Source of the DNA: a virus
Length of the DNA stretch: 64,000 bases
Reading direction: 5' to 3' (one strand)
Virus record (IMG/VR): IMGVR_UViG_3300017730_000002
Location: 32,001 to 96,000 of that record
Of the stretch, positions 37,212-47,000 are shown piece after piece. Position numbers and translations under genes: made by a program. The stretch's first letter is position 1; the number at the start of each line of letters is the position of its first letter. A model generated the notes under the pieces. The model did not search any database and was not told where the DNA came from. It was given only the letters and a program-made list of their open reading frames with translations.

Positions 37212-38603
37212 ATGAGTACAATAAAAAAAATACCATTCGTAAGTTTAGTTGCAGATATTGGAAAAGATGAATATGGCAAAATAGTCATACAAGATGTACG
37301 TACTGAAGAAACAGATGTATTAAATATAATTGAAGGTGCAAAGTATAATAAGTCAACTCATGGTTTGACATTTAATACTAGTAAGTGGACACCAAAAATG
37401 AAAGATAAGATTTACTTTATGAAAGGATGTACTGTCCCAAGAATAAAGCTTAAGGATCTATCTGTAAAATATAAGATAAGAACTACTACTGACTTAAGTA
37501 CAGCAACCGTTGTTGTTGGTAGTGATAGAGCTGGAGATAAACTGTTTAGCAGCACATGGATGCATTTGGTTCACCCAAAAGTATTTATGGCTAGTATGGA
37601 TGCTTTGAAAGAAGTAGCTGAGGATTTTGATGATTATTATGTAAACCAAGTAAATGATATACTTGAAGGTTTTGATCTAGATACTTTAGAATATGTGTGT
37701 GTTGATTGGCATACTAAAAATCTATGTAACCCTAGAAATAATTCTAATGGAGCTTTAACTACAGCGATTCTTAGAAACTTAGGTTTAAATCTAGAGCAGT
37801 ATATACAGTCTGAGTGGTCAAACGTATCAAGGAACAGTGAATATCTATGGACTATAAGTGATGATAATCTAGAGATTTGGGAAGAAGTTAAAACTAAAGA
37901 TGTCATTGAGCAAAATGCATTGCTTGAAGTTGTTAATGGTGATGATGCTGTCTTAATTGATTTAGATACTTATCAAAACTTAAGAAACATGTTTAAGAGT
38001 TCTGATAGTGACAATCATGTGATGGCCATGGAGATTATGGCTAATGCTAATTATCTAGAAAGTCTTCTCTATCTTGAGATGTTATTCTTTCACCATGGTC
38101 ATGAAATTGATAGTTCAAGAACTAAAAACCATGTTAACTTTAAGTCATTGAAGAACTATCTTGGTAGAGGTAATAGCAGTAGTCGTCACATTGATGGCGT
38201 TATTGCAAACCTAATGTCTTTTGGTAAACTTGATGAAGCAGCTCTTGCATTTATTATGGAAGATCAAAAAGAATACTTTAGCAAAAATGGTTATTCTAGT
38301 TATATACAACCAACTGCTTATGGTATGAATCCAGAGTTTCAACCACAGTTAAATTACCAGTGGGTCCATAAAACTGAAGGTTTTGTAGATAAAACTACAG
38401 TAGCCGCAGTTGAAGAAGAAGAGGTTGTTGAAGATACTGTAGATGAAGTTACTGTTTCTGAACCTGTCACGGCAAAAAGGGGGTCTCTGACGGATCCTAA
38501 AATTAAAGAGGTAGAAGTAGAAACAGAAGAAGAAGCTACAGAAGAAGTATTAATAGCAGAAAAAGAAGAAGTAAAGAATGAAGAAAAGTTTGATTGGTTC
38601 TGA
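37212..38603 (+). CDS. Hypothetical protein with BRCT-like segment and acidic tail
   Basis: IYF..GCTVPRIKLK......IRTT.D...ATVVV; NLRNMFKSSDSDNHVMA. Confidence 0.6.
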   Translation: MSTIKKIPFVSLVADIGKDEYGKIVIQDVRTEETDVLNIIEGAKYNKSTHGLTFNTSKWTPKMKDKIYFMKGCTVPRIKLKDLSVKYKIRTTTDLSTATVVVGSDRAGDKLFSSTWMHLVHPKVFMASMDALKEVAEDFDDYYVNQVNDILEGFDLDTLEYVCVDWHTKNLCNPRNNSNGALTTAILRNLGLNLEQYIQSEWSNVSRNSEYLWTISDDNLEIWEEVKTKDVIEQNALLEVVNGDDAVLIDLDTYQNLRNMFKSSDSDNHVMAMEIMANANYLESLLYLEMLFFHHGHEIDSSRTKNHVNFKSLKNYLGRGNSSSRHIDGVIANLMSFGKLDEAALAFIMEDQKEYFSKNGYSSYIQPTAYGMNPEFQPQLNYQWVHKTEGFVDKTTVAAVEEEEVVEDTVDEVTVSEPVTAKRGSLTDPKIKEVEVETEEEATEEVLIAEKEEVKNEEKFDWF

Positions 38604-39591
38604 TGAACTAAATGCGTTTTATAATGAGAAGTTTTACTTTAGTTATAGCAGCATAAACAAGCTATTGTTTTCACCAAGTATGTTTTTTAAAGATTACGTG
38701 CTTAAACAAAAGGAAGAAAGTGTTGACCCTCACCTTGTAAAGGGGAAGGTCATACACTGCCTTCTTTTAAATCCTGAAGACTTTGATAGTGAGTTTATAA
38801 CTGTACCAGGTAAGCTTCCAAGCGGTAATAACAGGTTGATAGTTGATGAAATTTTCAAATTATATTTGGAAGGCTCAGATAATTCATTAACTTTGGACAA
38901 ATATGAGACTGCAATAGTAGATCTCTTAGAGAAAATAAACTTGCATCAAAAGCTTAAGACTGATGAAGCAAGAGTCAAGAAAATCTTAACAGCTGATAAT
39001 ATTAGCTATTTTGAATTTCTGAAATCAAGTCAAGGTAAAACCTTGGTAGACACAGATACACTCAACTATTGTAAAGAGTGTGTAGAATCTATAAAAGAGA
39101 ATGAGTCTATAACTGCACTACTGCAACTTGATGAATCTGATTTAGAAGTATATAATGAAGTTCCTGTACAGACTGACCAACTTATAAATGGTAAGTTTCA
39201 ATTTGGATTTAAAGGTATACTTGATAATGTAGTGATTGATAAAGAAAAGAAAATCTTATTTATTAATGATTTGAAAACTACAGGTAAGCCGCTAATTGAC
39301 TTTCCTGAATCTGTGGAGTACTATAGATATTGGTTGCAGGCAGCCGTTTACTATAGTCTTGCGTATTACAGATATATTGCTGATAAAGATGATCATCAAG
39401 AGTGGAGTATACAATTTACATTTGTTGTAGTAGATAAATATAATCAGGTATATCCATTTCAGGTTACTCCTAAAACAATGAAAGAATGGATGGAGAGATT
39501 AAATAAAGTTCTCTTACAAGTAGTTTACCATTATGAGAAGAAGGATTATACTTTACCATATGAATTAGCAGTAGAAAACTTAAAACTTTAA
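38578..39591 (+). CDS. PD-(D/E)XK exonuclease (RecE/DUF3799-like)
   Basis: SYSS, G..IH..LL.P, FKGILD, DLKTT, Y.LQAAVY. Confidence 0.8.
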   Translation: MKKSLIGSDELNAFYNEKFYFSYSSINKLLFSPSMFFKDYVLKQKEESVDPHLVKGKVIHCLLLNPEDFDSEFITVPGKLPSGNNRLIVDEIFKLYLEGSDNSLTLDKYETAIVDLLEKINLHQKLKTDEARVKKILTADNISYFEFLKSSQGKTLVDTDTLNYCKECVESIKENESITALLQLDESDLEVYNEVPVQTDQLINGKFQFGFKGILDNVVIDKEKKILFINDLKTTGKPLIDFPESVEYYRYWLQAAVYYSLAYYRYIADKDDHQEWSIQFTFVVVDKYNQVYPFQVTPKTMKEWMERLNKVLLQVVYHYEKKDYTLPYELAVENLKL

Positions 39592-39597
39592 AAATAT

Positions 39598-40155
39598 ATG
39601 GCAGTAAAATCAATTTATAGTAAATACTTTCAAAAATCCAAGGTGTTTTTATATCCGCTCCTTGGAATTAAAAGAGGCGTTAAAGTAATTCCAAGTGAGA
39701 CTTATCTTACTTGGGATCCTTATTATATAGCCGAGGATATGAAATTGTTATGTTTATACCACCCAGATGGATCTCATGATTATTTAGAATATGAAAAGAA
39801 TGTTTTACTAAAACATACTAGATTAATTGATATAAAAGATATTGATAAAACCAATAAGCTTTTTATATTTGATTTTTCTGATATAAAAAATGATTGGGAT
39901 AATTTTATAAAAGGTAAATACAGTCAGATAGATAAAGAAACTAAGTCAAAGATACTTGGTTTCTTTGATAAGGGTAGTGCAAATCATGTATACATGAAAA
40001 GCTATTTGAACCCAAATCAATATTTTGATGATTATGCAGAATGTCTTGGTGTTGAAGTTGAGTTATTGAAAAAAGTAGGTGAGCTTTGTGCGAAACCTGA
40101 CATTAATAAAGAAACTATATTAATAAATCAAGCAGAAAAAGAAATAATTAATTAA
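39598..40155 (+). CDS. Hypothetical protein
   Basis: 185-aa ORF. Confidence 0.7.
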   Translation: MAVKSIYSKYFQKSKVFLYPLLGIKRGVKVIPSETYLTWDPYYIAEDMKLLCLYHPDGSHDYLEYEKNVLLKHTRLIDIKDIDKTNKLFIFDFSDIKNDWDNFIKGKYSQIDKETKSKILGFFDKGSANHVYMKSYLNPNQYFDDYAECLGVEVELLKKVGELCAKPDINKETILINQAEKEIIN

Positions 40156-40173
40156 TTTTACTAAAAAACTAAC

Positions 40174-40557
40174 ATGAGTGAAAAAACAATGATGCTGGTT
40201 GAATCAACCTGGCAAGACACAACAACTTTTAAGATGATTCCAATCAGTAATGACTGCCCATATGTGGAGTGTATATTTGATCCATCATCTAAAGTATTTG
40301 TAATTATTAGTAAGGTAACTAAAACATCCTTGCATATGTTACCTAAGCTTGATGAATATGGTAAAGCCATCAGTGGAAATCGTGGAGCAAAGCAAGAGAG
40401 AAGATCAATTGATACTTTTCAAGAGTATTATATTGAAGATCTAAAAGCTATTGCAGAAATCACAAACCATTTTGCAATTAACGCTAAGAAGTTTGATACT
40501 GATAAATTTACTAAAGAAGTAGCAAGCAAACCTTCAGTGGCTGCAGTAGCAGAGTAA
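40174..40557 (+). CDS. Hypothetical protein
   Basis: 127-aa ORF coupled to polB. Confidence 0.7.
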   Translation: MSEKTMMLVESTWQDTTTFKMIPISNDCPYVECIFDPSSKVFVIISKVTKTSLHMLPKLDEYGKAISGNRGAKQERRSIDTFQEYYIEDLKAIAEITNHFAINAKKFDTDKFTKEVASKPSVAAVAE

Positions 40558-42464
40558 TGACTAGGACTCATTGGGTAATGGACTATGAAACTTTGCTAAA
40601 TTGTTTCATAGCCGTATTTGAGGACATCAAGTCTGAAGACCGCGAGATATTTGTTATTCATAAAGAAAGAAATGACTGTCTAGAATTTATTACATTTCTA
40701 GAGAGGAATATTTTGCTTGAAGAATGGCATGTATCTTTTAATGGTATAGGATTTGATGCTCAAGTAACAGAACACATATTGGCAAACAAAGAGCAGTTAC
40801 TGGAGATGTCTGGTGAAGAAGTTGCTCTGTTCATATATGCAAAGGCCCAAGATACTATTCAAAGACAAAGTGAAGGAGAGTGGGCAGTCTTTGCTCCGTG
40901 GACTCTGCAAATTAAACAAGTTGATGTATTTAAACTCAACCATTGGGATAATGCAGCTAAGAGAACTAGTTTAAAGTGGGCTCAGTTTAGTATGGATTGG
41001 CAGAACATACAAGATATGCCAATACATCACAGTACTGAAATTAAAACCCTAAAGCAGATAGATGACATAATAGAATATTGTATTAATGACGTAGCTTCTA
41101 CTAAAGCAATTATGTATCGCAGCAAGAAAGAAATTGCTTTGAGACAACAGCTTACTAAAGAATACAATATAGATCTATTCAGTGCATCTGAACCAAGAAT
41201 TGCAAAAGAACTATTTGCAATGTTCCTAAGCAAAAAGACAAGAATAAAAAAGTATGATTTAAAAAAGATGAGGACCCATAGGTCTAAGCTTATAGTTAAT
41301 GATCTTTTGTTGCCTTATATTAAGTTTGAGACAGCAACATTTCAAAGACTGGTAAATAAGTTTAGGGATCTGGAACTTAATCCGTATGATTTAAAAGGTA
41401 GTTTTAAATACAGTGTCAGATATAAAGGAATAACTACACACTTTGGCCTTGGTGGTGTACACGGTGCACGTAAAGACATATACACATCTAATGATGAGTT
41501 TGTCATAATGTCAAGTGATGTTACAAGTTTCTATCCTAATCTAGCCATTAGAAATAAATGGTCACCATTACACCTTCCTAAAGAGGAGTTTTGTGATCAG
41601 TATGAATGGTTCTTTGATGAAAGAAAGAAGATACCTAAATCTGACCCTAGAAACTATGTTTATAAGATTGTACTAAACAGTACCTATGGTCTTAGTAATG
41701 ATGAGAACAGCTTCCTATATGATCCTGAGCTTACCATGCGTATAACTCTTAATGGCCAGTTGAGCCTTATGATGTTGTATGAGATGATATGTGAAAGGAT
41801 TCCTAATGCAGTTCCGCTAATGCAAAATACAGATGGCCTTGAGACAAGGATCCCAAGAAAGTACGTAGATGAGTATATGCAGATTTGTAAAGAGTGGGAA
41901 GATATCACTAACCTGCAGCTAGAGCATGATACCTATCAAAAGGTTATACTAGCAGATGTAAATAACTATATAGCAGTTACAGAAGGAGAAGACTTTAAGA
42001 CTAAGTGTAAAGGTAGATTCGTATTTGAAGATTTGCCGCTACACAAGAATAAAAGTTTTCTGTGTGTAAGAAAAGCTATGTATGATTATTTCATCTATGA
42101 TAAAGACCCTGAGCAAACAATCAAAGAGAATAAAAACATCTTTGATTTCTGTGGTGGTGTTAAAGCTAAAGGTGAATGGAAGTTCTTTGAAGAACATATT
42201 GTTAATGGAGAACATAAGAGGGATCCGTTACAGAAAACTGTTAGATACTACATAAGCAATGGAGGTTCCAAGACTGTCAAAGTGCACAGTATAGATGGAA
42301 GAGTTGCGCAAGTAGAAGCAGGTAAATGGTTGCAAACTATGTTTATTGATTACATAGAAAAGCCATTTGAAGAATATGATATCAATTATGATTTCTATAT
42401 TAAAAAGGCCAAGAAAGAAATAGAAGCTCTTGAGCCAAAAACTAATCAATTACAATTATTTTAA
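40557..42464 (+). CDS. Family B DNA polymerase with 3'-5' exonuclease
   Basis: DYET, FNG..FD, YC.ND; DVTSFYP, K..LNSTYG, NTDG. Confidence 0.9.
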   Translation: MTRTHWVMDYETLLNCFIAVFEDIKSEDREIFVIHKERNDCLEFITFLERNILLEEWHVSFNGIGFDAQVTEHILANKEQLLEMSGEEVALFIYAKAQDTIQRQSEGEWAVFAPWTLQIKQVDVFKLNHWDNAAKRTSLKWAQFSMDWQNIQDMPIHHSTEIKTLKQIDDIIEYCINDVASTKAIMYRSKKEIALRQQLTKEYNIDLFSASEPRIAKELFAMFLSKKTRIKKYDLKKMRTHRSKLIVNDLLLPYIKFETATFQRLVNKFRDLELNPYDLKGSFKYSVRYKGITTHFGLGGVHGARKDIYTSNDEFVIMSSDVTSFYPNLAIRNKWSPLHLPKEEFCDQYEWFFDERKKIPKSDPRNYVYKIVLNSTYGLSNDENSFLYDPELTMRITLNGQLSLMMLYEMICERIPNAVPLMQNTDGLETRIPRKYVDEYMQICKEWEDITNLQLEHDTYQKVILADVNNYIAVTEGEDFKTKCKGRFVFEDLPLHKNKSFLCVRKAMYDYFIYDKDPEQTIKENKNIFDFCGGVKAKGEWKFFEEHIVNGEHKRDPLQKTVRYYISNGGSKTVKVHSIDGRVAQVEAGKWLQTMFIDYIEKPFEEYDINYDFYIKKAKKEIEALEPKTNQLQLF

Positions 42465-42465
42465 T

Positions 42466-43836
42466 ATGCCAAGAAAAATAAAAAGCTACGGAAGACAAGA
42501 TCTAATAGACATTGCTCTTCCAAATCATGCTGATTCGTATACTGTAATAAGTCATGAGTCCGTAATGGACTTATCAACTAAAGCATTGGAAGATGCTGGA
42601 TTTAGTATAACTGCTGAAAACTATAGAGCCACACATGATGGTAACATAGCTTCAGCTATATATACTTTGAACTTTGGAGATGATCCAGAGTTGTCAATGA
42701 TGTTTGCGTGGTCAAACAGTTATAATAAACAAATGAGGTTTAAATGTGGAATTGGTGCAATCCATAATACAAACTCTACAAGTTTAGTTTGTGGAGATAT
42801 GGGGTCCTGGGCAAGAAAGCACACAGGTTCTGCAGATACAGAAACCAAGGAAACAATAGAGCAGCAAGTAAAGTTAGCTAAAGTGTATTATGAGCAGCTA
42901 TGTTCTGATAAAGAGTCTATGAAAAAGATCAATCTAGATGTTAGAAAGCAATCACAGATACTAGGTATGCTATTTGCTGAACATGATATCTTGACTACTG
43001 AGCAAGCTAGTATGATTAAGCAACAGATGAGTAGGCCGACTTATAAGTGTACTGAACCAGGTACATTATGGGAATTCTACAACTTTGTTACCATTGCTCT
43101 ACAGCAATCACATCCAAAGACTTGGATGGAGGATCAAAGAGTTCTACATTGGTTTATCAGTGATACATTTAAGTTTGATAAAGTAAATGTAGCACCTGCG
43201 GCCACCAGTGACGAGGAGGAAACATCTGAAGAAAATGAGGTTAATGAAGCTACAGTAGATAATAAAGCCACTGTAGATACAATACCTGAGAATTCAACAG
43301 AAGAGACCAAGGACCCCGCTCAGGTAGATCTAGTAGATTCTATTGCTGAGATTGAAGCTGAACAACAAGAAGCTTGGGATCAGCAAACTAGAATTGAAGA
43401 AGGTCTTGACCATAAAGGTGGAGGAGATGATGATGATGATGGGCACATAGATGATAGTCCTGAAATTACAGGAATACCTGATGGTGACAAGTTATCTGAT
43501 ACTGATGATGAGTTTGATGCTGATGCAGAAATGCAAGAGATGAAAACTGAAGAGATCATTAAAGAAAAGATAGCTGAAGATGAAGCTGCAGTATCTGAAG
43601 TATGTGATGACAATCCTATACCAGAAGTTACTGATGCAGAAGCTGCAGAATTAATCAAAGGCCAAGAAGCTGTTGATCAGCAGATGGCACAAGAAGCAGC
43701 AGCTGATAATTCAGTATCTGATGAGAACGTTGACATTGTTATGAAAGGTGAACCTGACTTTAATTTAGATTTTGCACCAGTTGCAGAAGATGATGATGAT
43801 GTTGAAGCGGGAGATGTTGATTTTGATTTCGCATAA
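42466..43836 (+). CDS. DUF932-like protein with long acidic C-terminal tail
   Basis: Y..ISH, NSY.K..RF.CG.G..., RKHTG, TLW..YN..T; ~200 D/E-rich residues; likely start MPRKIK. Confidence 0.65.
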   Translation: MPRKIKSYGRQDLIDIALPNHADSYTVISHESVMDLSTKALEDAGFSITAENYRATHDGNIASAIYTLNFGDDPELSMMFAWSNSYNKQMRFKCGIGAIHNTNSTSLVCGDMGSWARKHTGSADTETKETIEQQVKLAKVYYEQLCSDKESMKKINLDVRKQSQILGMLFAEHDILTTEQASMIKQQMSRPTYKCTEPGTLWEFYNFVTIALQQSHPKTWMEDQRVLHWFISDTFKFDKVNVAPAATSDEEETSEENEVNEATVDNKATVDTIPENSTEETKDPAQVDLVDSIAEIEAEQQEAWDQQTRIEEGLDHKGGGDDDDDGHIDDSPEITGIPDGDKLSDTDDEFDADAEMQEMKTEEIIKEKIAEDEAAVSEVCDDNPIPEVTDAEAAELIKGQEAVDQQMAQEAAADNSVSDENVDIVMKGEPDFNLDFAPVAEDDDDVEAGDVDFDFA

Positions 43837-43855
43837 AACTAATATGAATAACTAC

Positions 43856-43890
43856 AAGGGAGATGGCTTAGGCTGTCTCCCTTTTTTTTT
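43856..43890. terminator. Terminator between convergent gene blocks
   Basis: AAGGGAGATGG/CTGTCTCCCTT + T-run. Confidence 0.75.
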
Positions 43891-43891
43891 A

Positions 43892-44047
43892 TCAAGTACG
43901 ATCAAATACATGCAATGATAAAGTACATATAAATAAATATAAAGTAAACGTATTCATTTGTTCTTTCTCATTTGGTGCTATATATTCCCAACCTAAAGCA
44001 CACCTATCATGAGGCCAATGCAAAGCTATATCTAATTGCCAATTCAT
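43892..44047 (-). CDS. 51-aa hypothetical protein
   Basis: MNWQLDIALHWPHDRCALGWEY...; TAATG overlap with 1945-aa gene. Confidence 0.55.
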   Translation of the reverse strand: MNWQLDIALHWPHDRCALGWEYIAPNEKEQMNTFTLYLFICTLSLHVFDRT

Positions 44048-47000
44048 TATCTTAAATTTTCAAATTGTTCATTCTTCTTAATTGCCCACATAGGCGATAA
44101 GTTTTTACCTGTCAATCCTATAGTTTGACCTAAGTGATTCCATATTTTATTTGAACCTTCTTTTTGCCAATCGTAATATCCAACATCTTGTTTATAGTAT
44201 GCTTTTTCACTTCCAGTAGCAAGATTATATAAATCATTTAAGATTCTTACATAAGCTACAACAGTAGGTCCAAGCATTATAGTACTACTATCTATCATAC
44301 TCAGTTGATCTTTAGCTCCCCATATCGGTAAAAAGAGTCTATTTTCTTTTTGAATCATAATTAATTGATAAAGAATCTGATTACCTGACCAACCAATTAA
44401 AAACGGATAGTCTTTCTCTTGTCTTTCTCTAATCTTTTTAAATCTATCTTCATCTCCTGGATCATAACCAAATAATAAACCAGCAGCTAAACCTAATATT
44501 GCTAAGTAAGCAGTTTCTGTAACTATCTTTCTCCATGCAGCTTTTTCTCTATCTGTCATATATTTACTTCTATATTGACCTGTGGTTAACATTTTTCTAA
44601 GTGAATCTATAGCATCTATATAATAACCTCGTGTAAGCTCATTAGTATTCCAATTGTATACATCACCAAATAAATTGTTTTTTGCTGTATCAAACTGGAA
44701 TCTATTAAGAACCATACCTGTTAAAAATCTTCTAGAGAAAGTGGCAAGACTATAACCAAGATACTTTTCTGCAAGAGGGCTATCTATTTTATTAGTTATA
44801 CCATTAAGTCTTGCGTTTGCATCTGCAATAATTAACTTAAGATTATTAAACTGAGTAGACTTGCTAATAATTAGCTTTTCCCCTGGCTCAAGTTTTCTTT
44901 TAGATTTTATTTTATTCTTTGCCATTAACTTTTCAACAGGTATAGAATACTGTTTAGCAATGCTCTCTAAAGTATTACCTTCACCTACTGTATGATTAAT
45001 TGGAACATGAGAATATTCAGGATCCACACCTTCTTTTAATTTTAATACACCATCCTCATCAGTTGTCCAAGCATCTGCATATGGAATTTGTTTTACTGTA
45101 CCATCTGGCTGCATTACATCAACCATCTGTTTATACATTATTCCAAATCCAAGTTCCATAGCTGAATTTTGTTCCATTAGTTTCCTATCTGAATAAAGCC
45201 ACTTTCCATCAAAAAAATCAGTGACCAAAGTCCTAGTGGTTGACTCACCAAACTCAGTTCTAGATTTACCTGGGGCCATATCAAAAGCTTCTGATATTTG
45301 TACATCCATAGGTTTAGCACCTCTAGCATAATTACCAACTGTACCCATTTGCCACGTAGCTTTAGCTGCTCTATACTTACCTCTGACTAAAGTTCTAGCA
45401 TCTAAATACTTTCCACCCGCAGCTTCTATAGCTTTATTAAACTGCATACCTCCTCTGTTTTTTAAAGAAGATTGAGGATTTAATGCAAAGAATGCTCGTG
45501 CTGCATTACCTGATAAAGCTCTCATAGCTTTTGTAAGAGGTCTGTTATTTTGCTGAAATTCTGACACTCTTTGTCCATAATAAGTTCTATCTATAAACTC
45601 TCTAAGTGCAGTTATTCGCTTGTCTTCACCTTTATTTTTAGAAATTAGATTTAGTCTAGATGAAATTTTACCTGTATTACGACTTGCAACATTTAAATTT
45701 TTGATAGCATTTTCATCATCAGATATAATACCTAATATTGCATTCATTACAGGTTCATCTTCCATCAAAGCTTTTTGTTCATTTAAAGAATACAGATAAT
45801 CCCATATAGATCTCATAGCATCTGTAGAGGTTTCTGCTAAAGATAGTTTATACATACCTCGTACTGGAACTCTTGTAATTCTATTTCCCTCTAAATCTGT
45901 TGGAATATAAATAAGTGATTCATCAAAATTAAAACCATCTTCTGCATCATCTTTTTTTCCTTGTACATAGGAACTCACATATTCTAGTGCAGTACTTACC
46001 TGTTCTTTTTTGGCCTTTAGTTTTGCTGCTGTTTGACCACTAGTAAATGCTTCTACATTTGTTCTTTGTCTAAATCTAGGTAAATCTAAATACATTCTAG
46101 AAGAAAGTACAGCGTCTTTCTGTAGATCTAAAAGTTCTTTTTTATAACCTTGCAATAATTTAAACTTAGCATCGTTCTTAGATTGCATTTCATAGAACTT
46201 CTTGTTTTGATATTTATCATCAAAGGCTCCATTAATTACATCTCCTGTAAATTCTTTTGGTAAAAAGTTACCTCTATTGTCTATTATAGTACCTACGTAT
46301 TGAGATCTATCGGCACCCATAGGTATAGTTCTGTACTTATCTTTTATAGTTGAAGTAGAATACTTAGCAATTGGTACACCTTGTATGTTAATGGTATTAC
46401 CTTCTGAGTCTTTTATAGAAGTAGTTTTGTAATGATTTTTATTTGAAGGTCTTTCTAAACTCCAAACCTTTAGTCTAACAAATCCAGGAGACATTTTTTC
46501 TCCATCATACATGTCTCTTTCAAAGTGATTCTTATAAAACCATTCTTCAAATACAGACCCACCTTCAGTCTCATTAAATATTTTATTTAAAGCTACCTTA
46601 TCTAAAACAAAATCTTCTACAGTTTCAGCAGTAACAGGATCAGCTCCCGTACCCTCAAGTGCATCATTAAAAGCAGCAATATAATTATCAGTTGGTGTGA
46701 TGTTTCTAAGGGCATTTAGTTTTGAATATAGGTTTCTCATGTTACCTATTTCAATAGATGTCATTCCAAACTCATTTTGTCTTGTAGTTAAATCTTGAAA
46801 CACCTTTAACTCATCTGCACTTAGTTTAGCTTTCTTAGATATCTTAAAATTAAGTTGGTTTAAAGTTCTAGACTCTGCTTTTGATAAACCAGTCTTTCTA
46901 TCAAACAATAGATTCTGTGCTACTATTTCATTTTCAATTGTCTTTAATCTTTCAATCTGTATTGAGTTTAGATCTCGGCCATTAGGTTCACCATCTTTAT

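Noticed and set aside
40557-42464. Intein or intron in DNA polymerase
   Set aside because: All PolB motifs are contiguous in a compact 635-aa ORF with no splice motifs
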